Below, piece after piece: positions 34,314-53,014 of a stretch of 64,000 bases of DNA. A model generated the notes under the pieces. That model made no database searches. It was given only the letters and a program-made list of their open reading frames with translations, and was not told where the DNA came from. Position 1 is the first letter of the stretch. Each line of letters opens with the position of its first letter. The translations under genes and the position numbers were made by a program. Source of the stretch: the human T2T-CHM13v2.0 reference genome, Homo sapiens; assembly GCF_009914755.1 (NCBI RefSeq), contig NC_060936.1. One strand, written 5' to 3'.

Positions 34314-34890
34314 TGGCCCCAGGCCGCCGCCGCCGCGCCCGGCAGTGACAGCGACCGCGCCGCTGCGCTCCCGCCGGCCCCGCCCGCAGCCGCTGGGACC
34401 CACTAACTGCCTCGAAAAGCCTAGGATTCGACTTTGAATGGTCCGTTAATGTGGTCGCAAAACGTGACTCGGTTCATCGGGCGCTCCCTGTAAGCAAGAC
34501 AAGCACCCACCTGCGGTCAGAGCAGGGGTCCGGCTCGCGGTCGGGGTTGTCCAGGCCCTCCCGGCTTCTCACCTGCGCACCACACGGTCCAGCCCTGGCG
34601 GCTGCAGGGGATCCCTCCGAGCGCCCCCTCAGGCGTCTTCCTGCGACCGGGGAGAGGGAACCCTTTACGGGGAAACAGTTTTGGGACCCACCACCCTTGG
34701 CGCCGCCGTTAGGAGGGTGTGAACATTTCTGCTTTAAGAGATACCCGAGCCCCTCACCGCCTGCGGCAGGGAGGTGGTGCCCCGGCTATCGCCGCGGGCT
34801 GGCCGGCTGGGCTGGGAAGAAGGCTCAGGGTGAGATCAGGCAAAGAGTTCTTTCGGACTCACGAGCTCTTTTTGGATGAAAAGCCCCGCA
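34314..34890. promoter_or_regulatory. Orphan CpG island
   Basis: Abrupt GC/CpG-rich unique sequence (GCCGCCGCCGCCGCGCCCGG, GC boxes), not of Alu origin. Confidence 0.75.
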
Positions 34891-35147
34891 GTTCTCTCCA
34901 CCTCCTGGAAAAGACTCTATAGAGTTTTGGGGTTAGGAGTAATAAATATCATCCCCTGCTGCCCCGTTGGTGCCATCCAGGGTAAGGCCCCTGCAGACAG
35001 CACGAAGGTGTTTTGGAGAGATTGTTCTCCCCCGACCCAAGGGTAAGGCTTACCTTGGAATTACCTGGAGCCTCACTATGACAGCGTGGCCTTCAGTAAA
35101 GGGTTGATAAGTCAGTAGCAAACAAGGGCTATTGAAAAGGTCTATAC

Positions 35148-36380
35148 TGCACTTCTCAAATGAAGATATTCCAGTCAATAATGAACACGTCAAAAGCACG
35201 CAACTGAATTGGTCATCAGAGAACTTCAAATTAAAACTACATGAGATACCAGTTCTTGCCCACTAGAATGGCTAAAACAAAGGTGGGGCGGGGTGGGGGG
35301 GGCGGGTGTGGAGAAAAAAGGAAGTGAATGCCCAACCTGAGGAATGTGGAACATTCAGAACTCTCACACATTTGTTAATGGGGTATAAATTCATAAATTG
35401 TTTGGCAATATTTATTAGAACATATGCCTACCCCATGATCCAACAATTCCACTCCTAGGTATACACTCAACAGAAATGCATACATATGTTCACCAGAAAG
35501 TAGGTGCTAAAATGTTCATCTCTGCAGTATTCATAACAGCTCCAAACTGGAAATAATCCAAATGTCCATTAACAGGAGAAAGGAGAAATATGTTGTGGTA
35601 TATTGATACAATGGACTGTTTATTATGTAGCAATGAGTGAAGATGCAATTGTAGTCCCAGCTACCTGGAAGGCTGAGGTAGGAGTAACGCTTGAGCCCCA
35701 GAAATTGAGGCTATGGTGAACTATGATCATGCCACTCACTCCAGCCCAGGCAACAGAGTGAGACCCTGTCTTTATAAAATAAAATAGGCTGAGTTCGGTG
35801 GCACATGCCTCTAATCCCAGCACTTTGTGGGGCAGAGGTGGGCAGATCACAAAGTCAGGAGTTCAAGACCAGCCTGGCCAACATGGTGAAACCCTGTCTC
35901 TACTAAAATAATAAGAATTAGCCAGGTGTGGTGGTGGGCACCCGTAATTCCAGTTACTTGGGAAGCTGAGGCATGAGAATCGCTTGAACCAGGAGGCAGA
36001 GGTTGCAGTGAGCTGAGATTGCGCCATTGCACTCCAGCCTGGGCGGCAGAGCGAGACTCCATCTCAAAAAATAATAATAATAAAGTAAAATAATAAAATA
36101 GTGAGTATACTACAGCCACATGTAACCATGTGAATAAATCTCACAAAGTTGAAAGAAACCAGTTGCAAAAGAGAACATATTGAATTATTTAATTTATAGA
36201 AAGGTCAAAAACAGGCACAACCAACCTATGGTGTCATAAATCTAGATTGTGATCACCTTTTGGGAGGTCGTGATGGAAGGGATGCAAGGGCTTATGGGAT
36301 GTGTTGTGTGACTCAGTTTGGATGCTTGTTCACTTTGTAAAAACAATCATTCAATTGAACATTTTTTGGCATGTGGTTTA
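35148..36380 (+). mobile_element. Old L1M 3' fragment with nested Alus
   Basis: CAAATTAAAACTACATGAGATACC, CAATTCCACTCCTAGGTATA, AAACTGGAAATAATCCAAATGTCCA motifs of L1 ORF2 end and 3' UTR. Confidence 0.75.
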
Positions 36381-36477
36381 CTTAGTTTTTTGATTAAGAA
36401 AAAAGGCCTGAAGTGTTAATTTGTGCAAGTTTCCCCTCAATTCAATTCAACATACATTCATTTTATAATCACTATAG

Positions 36478-39397
<2,920 letters not shown>

Positions 39398-40337
39398 AAT
39401 ACCTGATTGAGCAGTAGCCCACTGCCCTTTTCTTCTTTTTCTTCTTTCCATAAATGCCAAAGGCAATGCAACCCAGTGCTTTCATCCCTGGTCTTTTGAG
39501 GCCTGGTGTTTGTTTCTTGGGCTTCCAGGGATGAAAGAAACTCATGATTACTATTGTTTAAGAAGGGCAGGCAGCCAGGCTTCAGGAGGAATCATGAATT
39601 GAGGATTTTTCTAAGGCCTCAGGTTCTATGTAACTCAGTATGTCATGTTCTTACCAATCAAGGTACCACCCCTTTACAAATTGGAGGGCTTAGATCTATG
39701 GTTAGGACAATACCAGTTCTTTCCTTCTTCAGACTTGGTGTTGGGCTCTAGGTTCCCCTTGCTAAAAAAAATTTCTGCTTTTGCTTATTGCCCATCATCA
39801 GGGGGAAAGTGACAGTGCTGTAAGTGTATGAATTATTAGCCTAAAAATAATTTTTTGTATGTTTTTCATGATTTATTTAATATCACTAGGAACAAAGGGC
39901 ACTTTTCCCTCAAACACAATTCTTGAAAATATTAACATCTCCCCTCTCTTTTGGCATAGGTAATATACACTTTATTATGCCAGAATTATTTACAGCCCAG
40001 TAATAATTTTTCCATGGCATTTTTGTTATTGCAAATATAGCTGCCTCCTGCTCCTTTCCTTGTTCCTAAACTATCGCCACAATGATACTAAAGAGCCAGT
40101 ATTGTATATACTCTTTTGTAAACCACCTGACCTAGAAGACCCTAGAGAATCGTAAGATAGGATCTCTTTTGATAAGCAGAAAATACCGTTGCAGAATCTT
40201 GACCAATAGCCCCCGCAGAGTCTTGTGGTAGGGATAGTTATAATATGAAAGGGAAATTCTTGTCCTCAAGTTTAGAGCAGTTTTTAGACAATGTTAAAGC
40301 ATCGCTGAGCTCTAAGTATAAGAAAAACTCTGGACTA

Positions 40338-41660
<1,323 letters not shown>

Positions 41661-41909
41661 AAAGATGTAGTTCTCTAACGAGGAAGGCTTCTGTATGTGA
41701 TTAATGCCCTTCATTCAGAGAAATCTTTACAGTTCTTTTCACCTGCATCTACTCTCTCCAACTATTATACGAATGGTTTCTAACCCAACTGCTTGAATAC
41801 TGTGATCCAGGGTCAGTCTTCAGCTTTCTAATATTAGAGAAACTTAGTTTTCCCTGTCCTTGTCCAAAGGCAGGGTGAAACCCTTTTCCTTTCCTCCGTG
41901 TCATTCAGT

Positions 41910-42900
41910 CTCTTATGTAACGTAAACAAATGGGAAGTCTGGGACCAAAGGCTCATAAGAATTTAATTATCATGCAGATTCCAGAAAGCCAGTGTACACG
42001 CAGACTTCGGAGGCAGTAAACAGGAAACCATCGATCCCGTGCAGGAAATGACCTTGTTTGAAGGCAACGAAGGTGTCGCGGATTTCCCTCGTTTTCCTTC
42101 AGTTCCTTTCTAAACTCATTTCCGTGTTTCAATCAGTTTGGTCCTTCTCTACATTAACAGAGTCCCCCCGGCCCAGAGAGAATGGCAAACAGACCCTTCC
42201 CTTTAGTGGACATTTTTATGTCTTGTTTTACATCACTGCAAATCTCAGCCAATCAGTAGTTGGGGTAGGAGGTACCAAAATAATCCTCACTTCCTCCCCC
42301 AAATACCACCCCTCGCGTGCGTCATCCTGTGATAGATTACCAACGCAGCCAATCAACAAGCGATCTTGGGCCGGGCCTACCCGAACCCCAGCCAATTAAG
42401 AGGAAGATGAAGAATTGGGGCGGAGGATGGAAAACTTGCCACCTCTTTTGGAAATGATTTGAAGAGGTGCGTCCGGAACGAGGGAAACTTACGACTTTTG
42501 CTAACGATCGCGGCGTGCTGTGTATCTCCTGTGCCAGTTCTGTCTCCCCAAGACCCCACCCCAAGATGGGCCCCATGGCCCACGTACCCGGCCCCCAGTT
42601 TCAGTAGGACGTGTCCTTATCCCTGAGGTCCTCCAGAAAGGAACCCAACCCCAATGGCCCGTGCTTCACACGCTCCTCCCCGCGCCGGTGGAGTAGGGGG
42701 CAGGAGAGACCTGCTGCCTCTGGCGCCAACCTTTCCATTCAGTGCGTCTTTCCTGCCTAGCCCACGTTCCCGGGCCGGAGCTGACACGGGGGTGGGAGGA
42801 GCCGAGTGCTTGCTCGTCTTGGGCAGAGGCGAAAGCTTCTTAAGGTGGAACAGGAATATTGGGCTGCTGGGCCTCTCCCGCTGGGATGTGCCGGCCCCTG
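41910..42900. promoter_or_regulatory. CpG-enriched promoter-like element about 6 kb upstream of FOXJ2
   Basis: CCAAT boxes at 42249, 42349 and 42392; GC box 42417; TTTGAA 42458; forkhead GTAAACA at 41922 and 42016. Confidence 0.6.
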
Positions 42901-43013
42901 CTTCCCAACCTCACCTCCCAGTTTTTCATCTCTTGTTCCCTGGCTCCAGTCTAATTTTTAGGGGAGTGGAAATCAAACAGGCTGGGAAGAGGATAGAAAA
43001 ATAACGTAGAAAA

Positions 43014-43319
<306 letters not shown>

Positions 43320-43914
43320 TTAACGTAGAAAACTGTAAATAATAAACAGTTATGTAAAGGAAATACAAACTATACAGATAACTTCACCTTTATGATTTAA
43401 TATCTTGCGTTCTATTCCCCCCATTACTTTTTATTTTTTCAATTCCCATAGAGTCAATGGTGACCCCATTATCTTTTAAAGTAGCAGTTAGAATTTTTCT
43501 GATGGTGCAAATGTAAGCTCATATTTTGTCTGATAAATATTACTAAATGAATCGTTTCTATGTTGGTTTAGTTTCTCTCTAATAGACCTGACTAGAGTCA
43601 TTAAAAGAGGTCAGAACTCTGTGTCTAGTGGCGGCAGGCTACCCCCTACTCCGTTGATCACAGGTCCCCAGGAATCTGGAAGAGTGGAGATGCGGTCTTG
43701 GCTGTGGTTCAGTTGTCTCATTTGTAAATGGGAATAACATTTCCCCACCTCGTAGGTTTAGTGTCAATCCTAAAAGACCTAGTGTAAATGAAAACATTGT
43801 AATCTGAAAGGTGTAAACAGACATTAGGTAGTATTACACATACAAAGCATATAATAATAGTAAACATAGTCCTAGCTATGTTCCAGCATTTTTAAACAGT
43901 ACTTTAAATTTAAT

Positions 43915-44574
<660 letters not shown>

Positions 44575-44974
44575 TAGCATTTTAAAAAAACTGTTGTAAA
44601 AAGCAACATTCGTTCAATCTTTCATCTATCATCTGTACTCCTCTCCCCCATTACTTGATTATTTTGAAGCAAATTTCAGGCATTTCATGTCTAAATACTT
44701 TAGTATTCATAAATATTCATAAAATGGTAATTCCATTAGCACCTAAAGTATACAATAATTGTTTGATATCGCCCTCAGTATTGGAATTTTACCAGTTGTC
44801 TCATAATATTTTTTCCAGTTGCTTTGTTTTAATCAGGATCCCTCAAAAGGTCTACATATTGTATTTGATGGACATGTCTCTTGGTCCACATATATTGCAT
44901 TTGGTTGATAAGCCTCTCAGTCTCTAGGTCCTTCCTCCTTCAGGCATTTAACTAAATATATTACATGTATAAAG

Positions 44975-45080
44975 GCACATAATCCCTTCACAACATTATG
45001 AAATAGGTACTATTATTATCCCCATTTTACCGATGAGGAAACTGAGTCACAAAGCAGTTAAATGACTTACCTAAATTCTC
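44975..45080 (-). mobile_element. MIR fragment
   Basis: TAGGTACTATTATTATCCCCATTTTACCGATGAGGAAACTGAG MIR core. Confidence 0.75.
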
Positions 45081-46239
45081 ACAATTATTAGGACTCACAG
45101 TTGAGAACCACTATTTTTGTTTCACGTAATACACAGTCTCTAATAAGTGCTTCCAAAACGTGCGTTGTAGCATATTAGTCTCCAATTTTATAAAGAATAG
45201 TTTTGCTCAAGGTAAATTAACACTCATGAATAATTATATAACATGTTTTATTACAAAGAAGAGTGGATCCTTACATTTTAATTTCTGTATGTTTCAGTGA
45301 CTTAAAAAATCCTTCTCCATATTACCCGCCTTAATAGAAAGTAAAGTGAGAATGAATGTAAGTGCTTCCCCCCAATCTTAGGGCAAAACCATACCAAACC
45401 AGCCTTGTCAGTTTCTTTTAATTTTAAAAATTACATAAGCAAATCTACACAAACACTAATTATAGATACATTAAAAAATGAAGTAAATTAAAATAATCCA
45501 TAAACTCACATCTTTGGTGTGTATCCATCTTCTATGTGTCTATTGGTATGCACACAAATATATGCATGAACATATATATATTTTAAAAAGCAACTATATG
45601 ATTGCATTATACAAATTTTAAAATATTATTTTCTCACTCAAATAAGTCAGATATATAAAACAATGGTTCTTTAAAATAATGTATGCCTACTGCAAAATAT
45701 CTAAATGATAAAGAACATTATAAAAATAAAACAACTCCACTCACTCTACCTTTCAGAGATAAATACAATTATTCTTGCAAATGCTAAATAGTACTCTGTT
45801 GTACAGATGTGCCATAATATATTTAAAATTACCCTATTTTGGATATTTAGGTCTTTTCTAATTTTCCAGTTACAAAAAATACTGCAGCAAATGTCTTGTA
45901 AAAACCAAATAATTTCTTGAGCTTTTTATTTTTCCAAATTGCCAGGAAGATTCTAATCCTTCCCTCATGTTTCCATTTTTAGTACAACTGCCTGTCACTC
46001 AAGCCCTCCAATTTCCATACATAGGAAATGTCAAAAACGGTTGAAACATAACAAAACATCTAATACATAGCAAGAAAGATTTGCCGCCAAATTATCTGCG
46101 TGTGGGAGAATTATTTAATGCCTCAAAGAGAGGAAAAATACATCTTTAAACCTGAATATAGGAAGTGTGAGCAGGAAGAACAGGCTTGTTTTGGTTTACT
46201 GCCTTTAATTTTGAGGATGACTTTAAATTCTGATCGCTC

Positions 46240-46460
46240 CGGACAATGGTATAGAAGTCAAGAGCTGGGCATCGGAGTCATTTGGATTTAAGTCCTGACT
46301 CTGCTACTTACTAATTAAGCGAACTCACACATAGTATCTGTAAGTCACAATTTTCTCATCTGTAAAAGAAGTATAATAATAGTGTCTTAGGGAATCGCTA
46401 GAATCATCAATGTGACAACACATGCAGAATGCTCAGTGCAATGCCTGGCATATTGTAAAT
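46240..46460 (+). mobile_element. MIR
   Basis: CCTGACTCTGCTACTTACTA...TTTTCTCATCTGTAAAA...ATAATAATAGT. Confidence 0.7.
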
Positions 46461-46557
46461 ATAATTATTCATATAATATATACATACAACTTAAGTATGC
46501 AGTCTTTTGGGGGCAATTCAAATATTTTGCAAGCAATATTTTTGTATTCGTATTATC

Positions 46558-47717
<1,160 letters not shown>

Positions 47718-47959
47718 TTAGGAAGCTGAAACAAGGAACAGGACCCAGATCTTCTGATGTTTATTTCACCGTTACACGCTCATTTATCATGTATCCACTC
47801 ATTCAAGGAGCATTTACTGAATTCCAGGATGATATAAGGGTAACATATAAACTTCACCCCAATCTTCACCTCAATGCTCATGATCCTTTATAAATTATCT
47901 CGAGGGAAAGAGAAGCCCATCAAAGACAGTCCTGAGAAAGCTGGGGCTGTTCATCTGTA

Positions 47960-48830
47960 TACGGAGTTTAACAGAATGAAACGCCGGAGTTGGGGTGTCA
48001 GCTGGAATTGACGGTATACGGTGCGCACTAGGGACTCTCCCGACGGGGAGCAGTGAGTTGTCATCCCGGGTAGACGGCGAACTCCCGGAGCCACGCGGCC
48101 GCAGGTGGGCGAGGGCGGCGAGATCCCTCGCCGGCGTGAGAGCGGCCGTGGCTCTCCAGGCGGAGCGCACACCGGGTAGCGAGGCTCGCGGCTCGGCGTC
48201 TCCCGGCTCCTCCTTAACCCGCGCCGGGAGGCGGTGGCGGCAGCGGCCGGCGGGCGGGGGAGGGGGAGGGGCGCGGAGCGCGGCGCGGAGGCCGGGGAGG
48301 AGCCGGGGCCTGCAGCGGAGCCGAGCCGAGCCCGAGCCCGCGCCGAGCCCTGACACTGTCTGCCCGCCTTCTGGCTCCCCGGGAGCCCAGACTGGTCGGA
48401 GCCCGAGCGGTGGCAGCGCGGGGAGCCCCACGCGCCGAAGGGAGCGGACCCGACAGGACGGCCCTAGAGGAGGTGCTGCCGCCACAGTAGCAGGGACCGG
48501 AGTCTCGAGCCGCGGCCTCCCGGACCGTGCTGCCCAGGCCAGCTCAGGGACAGCCGGGAGTACGAAAGCCCCACCCTCTGGGGCACCCCGGGAGCGGAGG
48601 CGGGAGCGGGGACGCGAGCAACCTCTCCCCCTGTTGGAGAGAAAAGACCCTTACCACTCGGGTGAGGGAAAGAAGAGACCCCTGGAGGGGACGCCTCTCT
48701 CCTGCCTAGAGGCGAGGAAGACCCCTGTACTGGCCGGGGAGGAGACCCCCAGAAGTGGAAAGAAGGGAGCTTTCCGTAGGGAAGCAGAGTGAGACCACCC
48801 TAGCGCGCCCCCGCCCCTCCAAACACACAC
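47960..48830 (+). promoter_or_regulatory. FOXJ2: FOXJ2 CpG-island promoter
   Basis: Very high GC/CpG, GC boxes and G-runs (GGGCGGGGAGGGGGAGGGG), upstream of the exon 1 donor. Confidence 0.85.
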
Positions 48831-49429
48831 TCTCAACAGTTCAGGACTTTGGAGGCAAAGAGAGACGGGGCTGTGCCTGTGGAGTAGGCACCCTCGGCCC
48901 ACCACTATTCACAGGAGACAGGAGTCCTTACGTTCAGAAGCCACTCCAGGGAAAGAAGAGGAATCGGCTTTCAGCCTTCTGGAGAGGGGAAGACCTCCCC
49001 CTCAACTTCCTCGTGCCTAGACAGTGGAACGGGGTGGAGCCCCTCCGCTCCTATCTCCAGCAGACAGAAAGAGCCCTCCACCTCAGAAAGATCCAGTTTG
49101 GGGGGGAGGGGAACTCCCCCAAGGGGGAGGAGACAACTCCTGGTTGGGAGAGGCTCCTCCCCTCCTCCCCCGGGTAACAAGCAGGGTGTGGGGGGTGTGC
49201 CACCTTCCCCAAGTAGGACCTCCTTCTCCTCCCCCTCCCCCTCCTCCAACCTTGACTCCTCATCCTCAGGGGACCCAGTTCCCCTCACCAACTTGGGAGG
49301 CTCAGCCTCGTCCAGGAAGAGCCACTGAGGATGAGAGCCGTCACCTGCCTCTGAAGAGGGGAATCCCTCCAACCCCAAACTCCAGTACCAGGTGGTTCCC
49401 TCCCTTTGCCGGAGGAACCTTGGAGACAG
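48300..49429 (+). other. FOXJ2: FOXJ2 non-coding exon 1 (long 5' UTR; TSS approximate)
   Basis: Runs from the CpG island to donor CAG|GTTAGT at 49429/49430; only one ATG in the whole interval. Confidence 0.7.
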
Positions 49430-52389
49430 GTTAGTGCTTTCTTTCATCTTCTCTCTGTCATTGTCTGGCACTAGTGGGTGTAGGGGGTTGAGCTGGTGGA
49501 TCGTGGGTTTCACTGCCGGGGAAGACAGAGTGATGACTCAGAAAATCCAATGGGAAATGTGATCCAAGGGAGCTCCTGGATTTGAACCCACATCTTGCTG
49601 CAGAAGCTCTGAGAAATGGGTTTCTTAGTGTTTGGGGACTAAAGGGATGGGATTCATTTTAGGTCCCTTAGGGAAGTGGATGTTTTCATGCTGAGGAAAA
49701 GGGTTATCGGAAAACAGCTGCATTTTGAGAACATGCATACTGTGTAGCAGTGATTTACACAACCCAACCAGTGGTAAGATTCCCATACCACCCTTCACCC
49801 TTGGGCCTTTTCCCCTGGAGAGTGGGCTGTCATGAAAATCACGGTGGCATCTGGGGTCCTGGCCTTGCCCAGGGCATGCCGAGGTCAGCTTAGTGTTCAC
49901 CAGAGGTGTTCCCTCCAGCTTACTGCAATTATAGCTCCCTTGACAAGAAAAGCAATCTGTTCCTGCTCATCCTATCTCAGATACCAAGAGGCCTCCTCTC
50001 CTGACATTTCCATTCCTAGCTGGATGTATGCCTCTGCCCATAAAATCCAAAGGGAAAATGGGAATCCCACATGTTCTGAGGCGAGAAGAAAGTGTGCAGG
50101 GGAATGCCAACTCCCGGGTTAAAGTGCTTCCTTGATGCTGGCCCTGAACCACTGCCCCAGTCCCCTTCTCGACTCCTGTTTTTTGCTCACAATTCTTCAG
50201 GAAAAATTAGATCCTGGATACGAAGGGAGGAGGGCTGCTGCTCCGCTTCTGTCCAGACTTCCAGTTAAACAAGTTGACCACTGGAGAGATTTCACTTCTG
50301 AGGAGTATATAAAGTTTCCTTCCAGAAAAGTACCTAATAGTCTCATCCTCTCCCTTCCTGTTTCTTGTTCAGTTCTGAGTCCCTCGAACCTTGTGTTAAA
50401 GTTTTCCTTCATAAGCTAGGGAATTATCAAAGTCCAGAATCTTCAGAAAAGGCAGGAAAAGGGTACCAGGAAATCCTCCCCTGAAGCCTAGGCTGTTTTT
50501 AGGAGAGGTCACTAGCTGGTTGTCTGCTTTCCTGCCTCACCATTAGCAGATACCTTATCTTCTGTCTCACAGCAAGGACAAGTTGTGAAGGAGGCTTCAT
50601 CTGACTTGGCCTTTCATATTTCCTCCTCTCTCTGGGGCATGGGTGAGGTCTACCTAAATTCCTGAGTACAGTCATTTGTCCTGGAAGCTACTGGTGGTAT
50701 ATGAGATAGGGCACAGGTTTGTGTGGCTGTGCTATAGGACAACATGCATATACTTCTTAATTCATGTGAATGTGGCTCTCTGTTTCAAGTGGGTATGTGT
50801 GTGGAGACAGGTACTTATGTGCTTTTCAGACTATACTCCAGTTACCTAGAATTGTATGTTTCTGGTGGGCCTCTAGAAGCAGGTGCCTCTGTACAAGGAC
50901 ATGGATAGGTGGTGGTAAGGATGGCCACCTGAGGGGAAAGGCTTGGCCTCCCCCCAGTCAATGGGAGCCCTCGTGACGGTCTACAGGACAGTCCTTTAAG
51001 CAGCAGGGCAACCCAGTCTCAGGCTGGGATCATTTCTTCTAGGACTAATAAGAGAGCTTCATTGCTGATACCTCTGGTCTCAGAAGGATGAGGATCCTTG
51101 ACTCCTAACTCCAGAACTCCTTCCCCTACCTTTTACAAAAGAGGCCTCGCTGGTTAACAGCAGCCTGTTTCTTATAAAGTACTTCACCAGATGCTGGCGT
51201 GCACCTGCCTGAATGGCTCAGGGTGAACTATATCACAACATCTCCAAGTACACCACCGCCACGCAGTTTAACTGGCCCTGCTTGGACTGAGTTCCCTAAC
51301 CCTGCTTGCTTCTCTGGAATCAGTTAGAAGTAGGTGGCTACTGAGTGGGATTAACTGTGGTTTAGAGAGTGTGCTTTCCCAGACCATGTCTTATGACTAC
51401 ACCTAGTTCCCCCGGGAAGATAAGAGATGATAGTTCCTCATTCCTTCATCCTTAGAGTCTTCCTGATCCTAGCATTAGCCAGTACTGGGTGATATTATCT
51501 CTAAAGGAAAAGTTTGAGATTCTGACATCCTGAAAACCATTGCAGATGCAGTGCAGGCTTTGTAATGCAAACCACTGCAGGCTTGCTGCTTCCACTCCTA
51601 CCTCTATAGTCTGTCAGTTTGCTAATTTTTAATTTCTAGTATTCTCTTTTTTCCCCATTTAAAAACAACAGCTACATTTATTTAGCACTTACTAAGTGCT
51701 CTAAAAATATTAACTCAAGGTAATCCTTACAACAATCAAAATAGTGGAGCTGGGATTGAAACTCAGGCAGCCTAACTCCTCATGTGCTACACCTAGCCAC
51801 TGCCCTCTTTGTTCTAGCATTCTGTATGGGGCAGGAAGTCATCACACCTTATTACCTGACATTGGCATTAGAACAATTAGTGGCCTTTCAGATAAAATGG
51901 GAAGAAAACTGAGCCTGTTATTGTGGATCTTACATGTTTCATCCAGGATCGGTCTTTCACTCTGAGAATGTCTATGTGTCTGTTTTTCTCTGCCTTTCTC
52001 CCAGTTCTGTAGTCTTCATTAGACGTCGTGTGGATGTGATGGACCCTGCCCTTTGGCTGCCTTTCCCAGCTTCTATGGGTATTTCCTTTCAGTCTTCCAG
52101 CACACAGAGAAGAATGTGGCCTGACTCAGGTTCTGCCCAAGCCCCGTGGCACAGGGCCCTGGAGAGAGAGGTCTGGGTAACTAGGTTGGTTGGACTGAGA
52201 AATGGAAGTACCTCTTGTTTGCCTTTCTAATAATAGCCCTGAACATTAGCCTCGTGCCATTATTTTGGGGAGCGTGGAATGTGTGGCAGCCACCAGCTCA
52301 TTAAGTTTCATTCACTTCCCTCCAGGGACGATGCTTTGGCAGGGTTTATGGGTTCATCTCTTTTATGGAAGGGGGAAACTGAGGCATCA

Positions 52390-53014
<625 letters not shown>

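Noticed and set aside
47895-48792. 265-aa (+) and 196-aa (-) ORFs over the CpG island as independent genes
   Set aside because: Arg/Gly/Pro/Ala-rich and typical of stop-poor GC-rich DNA; the + ORF has no AUG start and no recognisable domain.
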